Part shown: in pieces, positions 19,451-28,110 of the stretch
How the letters are laid out: the number at the start of each line of letters is the position of its first letter
How positions within the stretch are numbered: position 1 is the stretch's first letter
From: Nitrospinales bacterium
GTDB lineage: Bacteria; Nitrospinota; Nitrospinia; Nitrospinales; JAJDAT01
Length of the DNA stretch: 29,742 nucleotides
Direction of reading: 5' to 3'
Assembly: GCA_046757665.1 (NCBI GenBank)
Contig: JBHHYO010000032.1
Span: 1-29,742 of the forward strand
Position numbers and translations under genes: made by a program
The notes under the pieces: generated by a model
Databases searched by the model: none
Seen by the model: the letters and a program-made list of their open reading frames with translations, nothing else
What the model was told of the DNA's origin: nothing

Positions 19451-21258
19451 ACCACCAGGCCAAAATCGGACTCACCGCCGTCATCGCCGTCCAGGACGGC
19501 GGCAGGCGATTGCGTTCCTGCCTGCTTGCCATCAATGCCTGGGTCGGGGAAATTCTGGTTGTCCTGCCCCGGGCCGACGCAACCGCGGCGGTCATTTGCC
19601 GGGAGTTGGGCGGGTCGGTGATCATTCATAACTCCGGCGCCACCCGCGACTTGTGGGAAGAGGGGGTCCGCCATGCAAGCTATCCCTGGGTTCTGCTTCT
19701 GCGATCGAATGAAGTGGTGACCGGGCGATTGAAAAAAACGATTCGGGAAAGGGTGGGGGTCCCCGTTACCGGGCCGGTGGCTTTTCCGTTGCCCCAGACC
19801 ACGGTGTTTTTAAAAAAACGATTCAAATATCCGCTGGCATGGAGCGATTTTGAGCCGTCGCGCTTGTTGTTTGCCGGCGGACAGTTGGCGGAGCTGAAAT
19901 CTCTTCCGCGAAAAGCATATCCTTTTCAGCCGGAATTGATTCATTACGGCGATGAAACGATTTCCGAAGTCGTTGCGACCATCCTTGAAATAGCGGAAAG
20001 GCGCGCCGAACGTTTGAGTGCGTGCATTTCCGCAAAAACGTCGCTGGGCTGGAAGGCGTTTTACTCCAGCTTTCGGAATGGGTTGCGGGTTTATTTCTTG
20101 CGTGGAGGATTCAAGGAAGGTTTTGAGGGAATCGTTTTTGCCGTCGCCGAGGTTATGGCGACCCTGCTGGGCTATTTCCGCTATTATGAAGAATACGTTC
20201 GCGGCGGCGGGCGCGTCGCCAAAAAACTGGACGCATTGCAGGACATCCTGTTGATCAAGTTGAGGGAGATAGGAGACAACGTTCTCTCAACTCCAGTCAT
20301 TCGCAATCTCAAACAAAACCTGCCCCAAGCCCGAATTACCGTTTTGACTTATGACAGCTCCCGGGCCGTATTTGAAAACAACCCCCACATCGAGCGGCTG
20401 ATCGGACTGCCCAAAAATACCGAGGCAAGCGAACTGGACGCCCGAATGGCAAAATTGGATCTGCGGCATTTTGACCTCGCCGTAAACCTCCATGCCGGGA
20501 AGCTGTCCGCGGCAGTCATGGAAAAAATCTCCGCCGAATTTAAAATCAACCAGTATTACATCGGGCGCGACAATACCGGCGGTATTCTCGCCGGCGAATC
20601 GGATTACTATCGCTCGGCGATTGAGCGTGAACTGGATTGCCTGCGCCGTATCGGTATTCAGCCCACGGGCGTAGAGACCGAATTGTTTTTAACGGCGGAG
20701 GAAAGGGATTGGGCAAAAACCTTTTTGGCCGACCAGGGATTCGATACGGCAAAACCATTTGCCGTCATCCATCCTACGGCGTCGCGGCAGACGAAGGAAT
20801 GGGGGATGGAGCGGTTCGGTCGATTGGCAAAAGAATTGATGGAAAAAAATGATGTGCAGGTACTCCTGACCTGTTCTCCCGACGAAGAGCCGAGATTAAA
20901 GGCGTTGCTTGACCATGCCTCGTCGCCGGTATTCACCGGGCCCTTGCGGCAATTAATGGCGATCATTCAGGAAGCTGATTTGATGATCGACAATGATTCC
21001 GGCCCCAGCCATATTGCGGTGGCGCTGAATGTTCCCACCGTCACTTTGCTGGGTCCGAATATCAAGGAAATCTTCAACGATTATTATTCCGGGGATGACC
21101 GGCATTTTCTCTTTTATAAGGAAGTCCCTTGCAGGGAATGCGGCTTACTGCGATGCGACAACAAAATCTGCCTGGATTTTACGGTTGAGGAAGTTTTGGA
21201 CAAATGCCTGCAATCGCTCGCAAAACATAAAATCGCCAAGGCCCTGAAAACCGGGTGA
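19447..21258 (+). CDS. Fusion of a degenerate GT2 (WaaE/LgtF-like) domain and a GT9 LPS heptosyltransferase-like domain
   Basis: C-terminal half: ILLIKLREIGDNVLSTPVIRNLK, VIHPTAS..KEW, DNDSGPSHIAVALNVPTVTLLGP. N-terminal half follows the beta-1,4-glucosyltransferase pattern, ending YFLRGGFKEGFEG. ATGA overlap with the upstream gene. Confidence 0.88.
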   Translation: MNHQAKIGLTAVIAVQDGGRRLRSCLLAINAWVGEILVVLPRADATAAVICRELGGSVIIHNSGATRDLWEEGVRHASYPWVLLLRSNEVVTGRLKKTIRERVGVPVTGPVAFPLPQTTVFLKKRFKYPLAWSDFEPSRLLFAGGQLAELKSLPRKAYPFQPELIHYGDETISEVVATILEIAERRAERLSACISAKTSLGWKAFYSSFRNGLRVYFLRGGFKEGFEGIVFAVAEVMATLLGYFRYYEEYVRGGGRVAKKLDALQDILLIKLREIGDNVLSTPVIRNLKQNLPQARITVLTYDSSRAVFENNPHIERLIGLPKNTEASELDARMAKLDLRHFDLAVNLHAGKLSAAVMEKISAEFKINQYYIGRDNTGGILAGESDYYRSAIERELDCLRRIGIQPTGVETELFLTAEERDWAKTFLADQGFDTAKPFAVIHPTASRQTKEWGMERFGRLAKELMEKNDVQVLLTCSPDEEPRLKALLDHASSPVFTGPLRQLMAIIQEADLMIDNDSGPSHIAVALNVPTVTLLGPNIKEIFNDYYSGDDRHFLFYKEVPCRECGLLRCDNKICLDFTVEEVLDKCLQSLAKHKIAKALKTG

Positions 21259-21299
21259 GGCGTTTTTAGCGGAAGGTTGTTAATCTCTTTCCCGCGCTC

Positions 21300-21515
21300 T
21301 CAGTGGTTCAAGTAGCTGAGATCATAAACCTCGGGAAATTGGGTCATCAGTTGCTTTCTCACCTTGTTTGGAATTCTGTTTCTGCTGGGTGAAATCAGAC
21401 TATGGGTTTTTTCGTCCATGTAAAATCGTTGCCAAAATCTTTGGATCAATTCATCCTGGCTTATTATTTTCTTGATTCTCATGTCAGGACTTAAAATACG
21501 AACCTCGTAAAACAT
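21300..21515 (-). CDS. Small hypothetical protein (71 aa)
   Basis: Strong AGGAGG RBS, ATG start, 21 nt downstream of the CheY-like gene on the same strand. Confidence 0.7.
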   Translation of the reverse strand: MFYEVRILSPDMRIKKIISQDELIQRFWQRFYMDEKTHSLISPSRNRIPNKVRKQLMTQFPEVYDLSYLNH

Positions 21516-21536
21516 GTTTCCTCCTTTGAGTTGTTT

Positions 21537-21929
21537 TCAACAGGTTTGACCAAGCACTTTTTCGATTTTGGCTACAAGCTTCATGGGGCTGAAAGGTTTT
21601 AGAAAATAATAACTGCCTCCAGCCCGATAGGCCTCCTTAATATCGTCCGGCAACATTTTGGCGGTTAAAAATATGATGGTGCATTTTTGGGTTGAGGGAT
21701 CGCTTTTGATGATGCGCGTGGCTTCCAGGCCATCCATCCTGCCGGGCATCATGATATCCATCAGGATCAAATCCGGTTTTTCGGCTTTTGCATATTCGAC
21801 CGCCTGCTCCGCGTTATCGCATTCGGAAATTTGATAATTGCTTGCGCTAAGTGTTTCCGTGACCAGTTCCCTGACGACTGTTTGATCGTCTACGACAAGA
21901 ATTTTTTTCATTTTGTAATTCATGTCCAT
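21537..21929 (-). CDS. Single-domain (CheY-like) response regulator
   Basis: ILVVDDQ, ILMDIMMPGRMDG, FLTA, LKPFSP. Confidence 0.93.
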   Translation of the reverse strand: MDMNYKMKKILVVDDQTVVRELVTETLSASNYQISECDNAEQAVEYAKAEKPDLILMDIMMPGRMDGLEATRIIKSDPSTQKCTIIFLTAKMLPDDIKEAYRAGGSYYFLKPFSPMKLVAKIEKVLGQTC

Positions 21930-21950
21930 TACCTCTCACCTTTTTCATTT

Positions 21951-22003
21951 TCACCATTTGTGCCAAAGTGGCCCCGTCCACACATTTTTTTAATTTATTG
22001 AAT
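21951..22003 (-). promoter_or_regulatory. Possible sigma54 promoter with upstream IHF-like site
   Basis: Minus strand TTGGCAC-AAATG-GTGA (good -24, atypical -12) at 21966-21951; ATTCAA-TAAA-TTA at 22003-21991, one mismatch to WATCAA-N4-TTR. Confidence 0.35.
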
Positions 22004-22222
22004 TTTATGTACTTATGAGGTTGCTGATTTTCAGGTCAAAGGGTTTTGCTTCAAATGGCCGCTTTTCCCGCAATTTTTTTCGATAAAATCAAAAAAATTT
22101 TAGGTGGTTTTCAGGTCGGCTGGAAAGAGGGAAATTTTTGTTTTGCGACGGGAGCCGCTATTTATGGAGAGAATTTAACAAACGAGGCGCCGGACAACGG
22201 ATCGAAATCGCTTGTTCGCCAG

Positions 22223-22519
22223 TCAATCGGAGCGAGGGGTTTTCCAGGTGATGACGACCTCGCCGCGTTTGATCTTCAGTTGGCATCCGAGGCGCATGCC
22301 GCCTTCCAGGTCTTCGGGGAGCAGGTAGTCTTTTTCTTCGTCCGTCAACTGCGAGCAATTTTCCTTACCGTTGAGAACGGTCAACTCGCAGACGCCGCAG
22401 GTGCCCTCGGTACATCCAAAGGAAAGAGAGACATCCAGTTCATCGCACAGATCGATCAAGGGAGTCCCATCCTCCACCTCATGGGAGAGGTTGTCCGGTT
22501 GGAAAACAACTTTTGCCAC
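22223..22519 (-). CDS. [2Fe-2S] ferredoxin
   Basis: FGCTEGTCGVC (Cx4Cx2C) and distal RLGCQ; 98 aa, acidic. Confidence 0.92.
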   Translation of the reverse strand: MAKVVFQPDNLSHEVEDGTPLIDLCDELDVSLSFGCTEGTCGVCELTVLNGKENCSQLTDEEKDYLLPEDLEGGMRLGCQLKIKRGEVVITWKTPRSD

Positions 22520-22533
22520 GATACACTCTTGTT

Positions 22534-23457
22534 TTATAACCCTGTCAATTGCAACTGCTTGACCAGGTGTTTTTGTTTCTCGGTTAATTTCCGGGGATAT
22601 TTGACAATGATGCGCACCAATTGATCCCCCCGGCCATTGGCTCCCTGGACGCCCAGACCTTTTAAACGAAGCTTGGATTGGTTTTGGGTCCCGGGAGGCA
22701 CTTTTACCTTTTTTTCTCCGCTTAACGTGGGCACCTGTATGGACGTTCCCAGAATGGCGTCGGTAAGTTTTATTTCCCGGTCGATGACGATGTCGTTTGC
22801 CTCGCGCCTGAAGTAGGGATGTTCCTGGATATGGATTTTGAAAAAAATATCCCCGGCCTTGCCGCCGTAGGGGTTGGGATTGCCCTTGCCGGCCAAGCGT
22901 AGCCTTTGGCCCTCGTTGATGCCCGCGGGAATTTTTACATTGACCTGGCTCTCGGCGCCGTTTTTAACGAGGGTGAAAACTTTTTCAGTTCCCAGGGCGG
23001 CCTCCTCGAATGTGATGGTCAGGTCCTGGTCGATATCCCGGGGCTTGGGCGCGCCGCGTGGAGAAGCCTGTGGTCCGGCTGTCTCGAATACTTCACGGAA
23101 AGGCGAGAAAAAATCCGCGAACCCGCCCCCGCCCGGCCCGGAACGAAACGACTGCCTGCCGCCAAATCCGGCTCCAAAACTGCTCAAAATGTCGTTGATA
23201 TCGAATCCCTGGAAAATATCCTCCCGGGAAAACTTTTGGTGGAAACCTTCGGCGCCGAACTGATCATATTGCCGGCGTTTGTTTTTATCGCTCAAAACCG
23301 CATAGGCCTCGCTGATCTCTTTGAACTTTTCTTCCGCATTGGGATTCCCCTTGTTTCTATCGGGATGGTACTGCATGGCTTTTTTTCTATAAGCCTTTTT
23401 GATGTCGGCTTCGGTGGCGTTTCTGGAGACTCCCAGGATATCGTAATAATCGTTCAT
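22534..23457 (-). CDS. Class B DnaJ/CbpA-like co-chaperone (no zinc finger)
   Basis: [15 protein letters not shown]-domain, G/F-rich linker, C-terminal domain (VKIPAGI, LRLKGLG); no CxxCxGxG repeats. Confidence 0.94.
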   Translation of the reverse strand: MNDYYDILGVSRNATEADIKKAYRKKAMQYHPDRNKGNPNAEEKFKEISEAYAVLSDKNKRRQYDQFGAEGFHQKFSREDIFQGFDINDILSSFGAGFGGRQSFRSGPGGGGFADFFSPFREVFETAGPQASPRGAPKPRDIDQDLTITFEEAALGTEKVFTLVKNGAESQVNVKIPAGINEGQRLRLAGKGNPNPYGGKAGDIFFKIHIQEHPYFRREANDIVIDREIKLTDAILGTSIQVPTLSGEKKVKVPPGTQNQSKLRLKGLGVQGANGRGDQLVRIIVKYPRKLTEKQKHLVKQLQLTGL

Positions 23458-23536
23458 TTTGAGCTAAAATAAGTGTCCGGCGTGGTTTATAATCCATGCG
23501 AACGGCATGTTCATTTAATTTATTATAATGGATTTG

Positions 23537-24364
23537 ATGAAAAACTTTTTTAAATTTTCGTTCCTTTTTTTGTTTTGGATGCTTCTTGCGGCTTGTACGG
23601 CATCGACCTTGCCTTCGCTTTTTGGTCACCCCGGCGATCCGCGAGACAGGCATTCCTGGAGCCCGCCCAGCGAGAAAGTGTTGCAGTTTCGCCGCAATCG
23701 GCAAAAGGCGTTGGACGCCGTCGCCAAACGCATTGAAACCCTTTTTCTGACCAATGAGGATATCGCCAGGGAAGAAGAGGCTCTACTGGCCTCGTTGCGC
23801 ACGTTCGATCCCAGGCTGGGGAACATGGAGGCCCAGATCAAACAAAAAATTAAAACGGTGGAGCAAAATTTCGGCCAGGTGGAAGCGCAGTTGGCCAAGG
23901 CGAAAATCACCGGTAAAAACCTGGAAACCGCCATCGCCGAATTCAAAAATTATAAACCCCCGAAAAAATTCTCCGTGCACCAATACTCTGCCGCTATCGA
24001 GTTATTCAAGGGGGGAAAATACCAAAAATGCATCGACCAGTTCCAAAAAATCCTGCAACGCCGGCCGCCGCGTTTTCTTGCAGATAACATTCATTTCGGC
24101 ATTGGCTCCGCGTACTACAAATTGAACCAACTAGACAAGGCCGCCAGGCATTACCAAATCATTACGCAAAAATACCCCACAGGAGACAAATGGCCCGCCT
24201 CTTACATTATGTTGGGATTGATTTATGATTCCCGAAACGAAAAAAGCAGGGCCATTTATTTCATTGAAAGTGCCTTGGAGAAAAAGCTTCAGGAGCAACC
24301 GCGTCATCTGCTCGAACATTTGCTGACCGTTATCCAGGAAGAAGAACCCGATGTCAGCAGTTGA
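23537..24364 (+). CDS. Putative lipoprotein with coiled coil and TPR domain (CpoB/YbgF-like)
   Basis: Signal peptide with lipobox LAAC, heptad region, TPR-like YSAAIELFKGGKY, ADNIHFGIGSAYY, KYPTGDKWPASYIMLG. Alternative start 23528. Confidence 0.75.
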   Translation: MKNFFKFSFLFLFWMLLAACTASTLPSLFGHPGDPRDRHSWSPPSEKVLQFRRNRQKALDAVAKRIETLFLTNEDIAREEEALLASLRTFDPRLGNMEAQIKQKIKTVEQNFGQVEAQLAKAKITGKNLETAIAEFKNYKPPKKFSVHQYSAAIELFKGGKYQKCIDQFQKILQRRPPRFLADNIHFGIGSAYYKLNQLDKAARHYQIITQKYPTGDKWPASYIMLGLIYDSRNEKSRAIYFIESALEKKLQEQPRHLLEHLLTVIQEEEPDVSS

Positions 24365-24464
24365 CGAGACGGCCCCTGTTGGCCTTCACATGTCCGCAAA
24401 ATTGCACTTGCGAGTTGTCCGCGCTCCATATAAAAACCCTGTAGATGAATGAGGCTTGCCACCC

Positions 24465-25445
24465 ATGCTGACCTTCGATCAGATTTTAGAAAAAATCGAC
24501 CAACTGGAAGAGGCCAAAGCGCTGATCGCCGCCCTGCAACTGAGGATTTTTACGGTGTTGGGCAAAAAACGCCTCACGATCAAGGAAATCTGCCGCGGAG
24601 CCCGTACCCATGCCGATGGCACCGAGGCGTTGCTGAATGCCCTCGTCGCCATGGGAGCTTTACGAAAAACCGGCAACCGTTTTTTCAACACTTCGGTGAC
24701 CTACAAACACTTCTGCGAAACCAGCAAGGAGTATAAAAAAGGCATGGTGATGCTTCGCAAGGAGCACCGCGAGGAGTGGGATAAGTTGATGGACACTGTT
24801 CGAGACGGCCGCGACCTTTCCGAATATGAAGGGGAGGATGATCCGGAGTTTCGCCGGTTGTTTAGCTATGCCATGCACGAGCGGAGCGAAAAAATCTCGC
24901 CGAAAGTCGTCAAAATCGTTGCCCGAAAACCGGTGGGGCGTTTGCTGGACCTTGGATGCGGTCCCGCGTCCTATAGCGCCGCGATTTTGCGAAAAGACAA
25001 ACGCGCTTCGGCGACCCTGCTGGACCGGCCCGCCGCTATTGTGGTTGCCAGGGAAATCACTCAAAAAGTGAAAAACCGTTGCCGGTTTTTGCCGGGCAAC
25101 CTCTTCGATACCCCCTTCGGCGAAAATCATGACACTGTGTTTTATTCAAACATCCTGCACATTTATAACGAAAAGGAAAATGAAGGCTTGTTTAAAAAAA
25201 TCAACCGGGCGCTTGTTCCCGGTGGACGGTTTGTCCTGGCCGATCTCTTTCTGAAAGACAACCGCACGGAACCCTATGACGCCGCCATGTTTTCGTTGAC
25301 CATGCTCCTGTTCACCGCGACGGGAAGAACGTACACGTTCCGCGAAACGGAGGCGCTCCTGCGCCGCACCGGATTCCACCGGTTCAAACGGTTCCATTTG
25401 GGGCAGGGCAACGCCATCATCGAAGCCGTGAAAAAAAACGATTAA
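24465..25445 (+). CDS. SAM-dependent O-methyltransferase with N-terminal dimerisation domain (Methyltransf_2 type)
   Basis: AALQLRIFTVL dimerisation region, LLDLGCGPA motif I, PGNLF, SNILH, ALVPGGRFVLAD. Start 24465 or 24456. Confidence 0.88.
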   Translation: MLTFDQILEKIDQLEEAKALIAALQLRIFTVLGKKRLTIKEICRGARTHADGTEALLNALVAMGALRKTGNRFFNTSVTYKHFCETSKEYKKGMVMLRKEHREEWDKLMDTVRDGRDLSEYEGEDDPEFRRLFSYAMHERSEKISPKVVKIVARKPVGRLLDLGCGPASYSAAILRKDKRASATLLDRPAAIVVAREITQKVKNRCRFLPGNLFDTPFGENHDTVFYSNILHIYNEKENEGLFKKINRALVPGGRFVLADLFLKDNRTEPYDAAMFSLTMLLFTATGRTYTFRETEALLRRTGFHRFKRFHLGQGNAIIEAVKKND

Positions 25446-25453
25446 GAAATCGG

Positions 25454-26113
25454 CTAAAAAATCTTCAGAGTTTGAAGCCGGGGCAGGTTGGGCGATTGGC
25501 GCAGAGCTTGTTTGGCTCCCTCGGACTTGATTCTGTTGCCGCCCAGGTGCAGATAGACAAGGTTTTTGAAATTGGGAGATTCGGCGATAGCCAGCGCTCC
25601 CTCGTCGCCTATCCGGTTGTCGACCAGGTTGAGGTGGGTTAGCCGGGTCAGGTGGGGAGAACGTGCCAGCGCCCTGGCGCCTTCAGCTTTGATGGCGTTG
25701 CATTCCAGATTTAAATCCTCCACCCCGGAAAACAGGGGGGCTTCGGCCAGTATCTTAACCCCTTCATCGCCCAGTTTGTTGGAACCCAGGTGGAGGCTTT
25801 TCAGTTGAGTCAGGATGGTTGATTCGGCCAGACACTTCATGCCCGCGGCGCCCAGGGCGTTATGTGTGATGATGAGTGAGGTAATGTTTTTTAAGGGCTC
25901 AAAACGCGCAATCTCCTGAGCGAGTTTTTTGCCGTGGTCCGGATCGGGGATGTCGCCGGTTTTGGAAAACAAAAAACTGTCCTGGATTTTCAGTACCGTT
26001 TTGTTTTTGATACATTCGACGAGAATTTTTTCGGTCGGCGAGTATTCGGCATTGCCGTAGTTGGCGCCGTCGTTGACCAGTTCTTCCCAGCTTTTGACTT
26101 TTTTGACGACCAC
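25454..26113 (-). CDS. Leucine-rich repeat protein (ribonuclease-inhibitor-like, 28-aa repeats)
   Basis: About five repeats of LxxLxLxxNxIGxEGAxALAxSPxL. Confidence 0.88.
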   Translation of the reverse strand: MVVKKVKSWEELVNDGANYGNAEYSPTEKILVECIKNKTVLKIQDSFLFSKTGDIPDPDHGKKLAQEIARFEPLKNITSLIITHNALGAAGMKCLAESTILTQLKSLHLGSNKLGDEGVKILAEAPLFSGVEDLNLECNAIKAEGARALARSPHLTRLTHLNLVDNRIGDEGALAIAESPNFKNLVYLHLGGNRIKSEGAKQALRQSPNLPRLQTLKIF

Positions 26114-26119
26114 GGGTGT

Positions 26120-26584
26120 TTACCTTCGCAGTTTTTTCGCCCGGGCACATCCCACGGCGTTGTTCAGGTCACATGCTTTCTGAAAATATTTAATGGCCTT
26201 TTTTTGCCGGCCTTCCTTGTATTTCAGGGAACCCAGATTGTAACAGGCCTTGTCGTGATTCCCCTCGCAGGCTTTTTCGAAGAATTTCGTGGCTTTTTTA
26301 AATTCCTTGCTGTAGGGAGTTCCTCGCTTCATCAGTACAATGCCGGCATGTGAGCAAGCCGTCAAGTGTCCGCCTTCGCAAGCTTTTTCATAATAGGGCA
26401 GGGCTTTTTTTTCATCCCTGTCGAGTGTTCTGAACCGCTCCCCGATTTTGAAGCAGGAATGAAAAATATTTTTGTCACAAAGCGGTTTGAGGGATTCAAA
26501 GCTATCCATTTCTCCACGAACTTCGGCTAACCCTCCCAACCATAAAACGGTCATCAATGAAATACCCCAGGCAATTTTTTTCAC
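26120..26584 (-). CDS. Exported cysteine-rich Sel1-like repeat protein
   Basis: Signal-like N-terminus; repeats with paired Cys Cx7C (CDKNIFHSC, CEGGHLTAC, CEGNHDKAC, CDLNNAVGC); KAxxY/FxKAC pattern; GTG start with AAGGA RBS. Confidence 0.87.
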   Translation of the reverse strand: MKKIAWGISLMTVLWLGGLAEVRGEMDSFESLKPLCDKNIFHSCFKIGERFRTLDRDEKKALPYYEKACEGGHLTACSHAGIVLMKRGTPYSKEFKKATKFFEKACEGNHDKACYNLGSLKYKEGRQKKAIKYFQKACDLNNAVGCARAKKLRR

Positions 26585-26789
26585 GGCGGTGTCCTTTTGA
26601 TAAGATTGGATTTCCCAATAGGTGTCTCCTTGCGTAAATACCGGAATTGTAGAAATTATATCATAAAATCCGGCGGCGGAATTTGGGTGTGTCCGATCCG
26701 GCTTTTTTATTCACCCCTTTGGTATTTCCAGGTTTCGTTTGCATCGGAGTGGGAAATATTTTAATCTGCGAATTTCCAGAGTTGATTTT

Positions 26790-27305
26790 ATGAATATTGT
26801 TTTGATGGGCTATCGGGGCACGGGGAAATCGACTGTTGCCGATATTTTAAGCCGCCGGCTCGAGAGGAAACTTTACGATGTCGATGCCTTGATCGTGAAA
26901 TCGGCGGGCATGTCGATAGCTCAAATCGTTGGCGAATGGGGATGGCCCCGGTTTCGGGAAATTGAGTCGTCCGTTGTTCTGGGAATTTCCGGGGAAGCGG
27001 CCGTCATCGATTGCGGCGGCGGAGTGGTACTGGAACCGCGAAACGTCGCGCACCTGAAGCGTGCCGGGAAAATTGTGCTGTTGACCGCCGAGTTTGAAAC
27101 CATCCTGGCCAGAATCGACAAAGACCCCAGCCGTCCTCCCTTAAAAAACGGCTTGTCGTTTGAGGAAGAACAGCGGCAGGTCCTGGCGGAACGGGAACCG
27201 AAGTATCGCGCCGCCGCCGATCTGGTCTGCGACACCACCCGGATTTCACCAGAGGAAACGGCTGGAGAGATCATCGGTTTTTTCAAGAAAAAATCCTGGC
27301 TCTGA
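26790..27305 (+). CDS. aroK: Shikimate kinase
   Basis: MNIVLMGYRGTGKST, DVD, FREIE, DCGGGVV, RPPL, REPKY. Start at ATG 26790 rather than the track's 26739. Confidence 0.94.
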   Translation: MNIVLMGYRGTGKSTVADILSRRLERKLYDVDALIVKSAGMSIAQIVGEWGWPRFREIESSVVLGISGEAAVIDCGGGVVLEPRNVAHLKRAGKIVLLTAEFETILARIDKDPSRPPLKNGLSFEEEQRQVLAEREPKYRAAADLVCDTTRISPEETAGEIIGFFKKKSWL

Positions 27306-27306
27306 T

Positions 27307-28107
27307 ATGGCAAGCGCCTATTTTGACAGCCTCGTGGACCACAGTCTAACCGTGGTGACCGAGCATTCGGAAAACGATTCATTGATGGTCAATGAATCGC
27401 AAGCCTATTCCCTTGCGCCGGCTTCCGGGGAAGTCAACCTGAAACTGCAATTAAACGACAAGGAAGTGAATCTGGAAGAAGTAACCGACTTGATGGCGAA
27501 CCCCAAAATTCCCAGAGTAAAATTTCTTGAACTCGACAACAATGAGTTTGGTGACGAGGGAGTGGGAGTGCTGGCCGGGGCGGAATGTCTAGCCAACCTG
27601 GAATCTTTATCGCTGGCGCACAACAAGATCACGGACCGCGGAATCCAGGCGCTTGCGGCGTCGCCCGTTCTCACGCGCTTGCGCAAGCTTTATCTCCAGC
27701 ACAATGGGTTTGGCAGGAAGGGCTTGCAAGCCCTGGCAGGCTCGCCGACGCTGGCCGGCCTCACCCTCTTGCACCTGAAAGCCAATCGTCTGGGGCCGGA
27801 GGGCGCACGCATCCTTGCGGACTCGCCGGTCTTGCGGAATATCGAAGAACTTTATCTTCAAGGGACCTGGATCGGCAGTGAGGGATTGGAAGCGCTTTGT
27901 CGATCTCCTGTTATGGCGTCGGTCAAGATTTTGAACGTGTCTTATAATAATCTCGATGATCGGGCGGCGGATTATCTTGTCGAGTCGAAACAGCTTTCCC
28001 GCCTGATGACTTTGGACCTTTACGGCAATACATTCGGCAAGGATACGCTGTCCAAACTGAAAAGTTTTTATGCCTCATCCCGCACGGTCCTGTTGATCGA
28101 CGATTGA
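27307..28107 (+). CDS. Leucine-rich repeat protein (ribonuclease-inhibitor-like, 28-aa repeats)
   Basis: About seven repeats, e.g. LTRLRKLYLQHNGFGRKGLQALAGSPT. Start set at ATG 27307, directly after the aroK stop; a later start is possible. Confidence 0.87.
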   Translation: MASAYFDSLVDHSLTVVTEHSENDSLMVNESQAYSLAPASGEVNLKLQLNDKEVNLEEVTDLMANPKIPRVKFLELDNNEFGDEGVGVLAGAECLANLESLSLAHNKITDRGIQALAASPVLTRLRKLYLQHNGFGRKGLQALAGSPTLAGLTLLHLKANRLGPEGARILADSPVLRNIEELYLQGTWIGSEGLEALCRSPVMASVKILNVSYNNLDDRAADYLVESKQLSRLMTLDLYGNTFGKDTLSKLKSFYASSRTVLLIDD

Positions 28108-28110
28108 GCG

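Noticed and set aside
22046..22624. 192-aa plus-strand ORF
   Set aside because: Antisense to the ferredoxin and dnaJ genes; no motifs.
24351..24452. 33-codon ORF (MSAVDETAPV...) bridging the TPR and methyltransferase genes
   Set aside because: No clear RBS or recognisable features; cannot be supported from sequence alone.
26668..26710. Hairpin plus T-tract upstream of aroK as terminator or attenuator
   Set aside because: Stem is weak and interrupted, with no leader peptide rich in aromatic codons.
25454..28107. 84-bp periodicity as a CRISPR array or DNA tandem repeat
   Set aside because: Periodicity comes from the LRR protein repeats; DNA copies are diverged and no cas genes are present.
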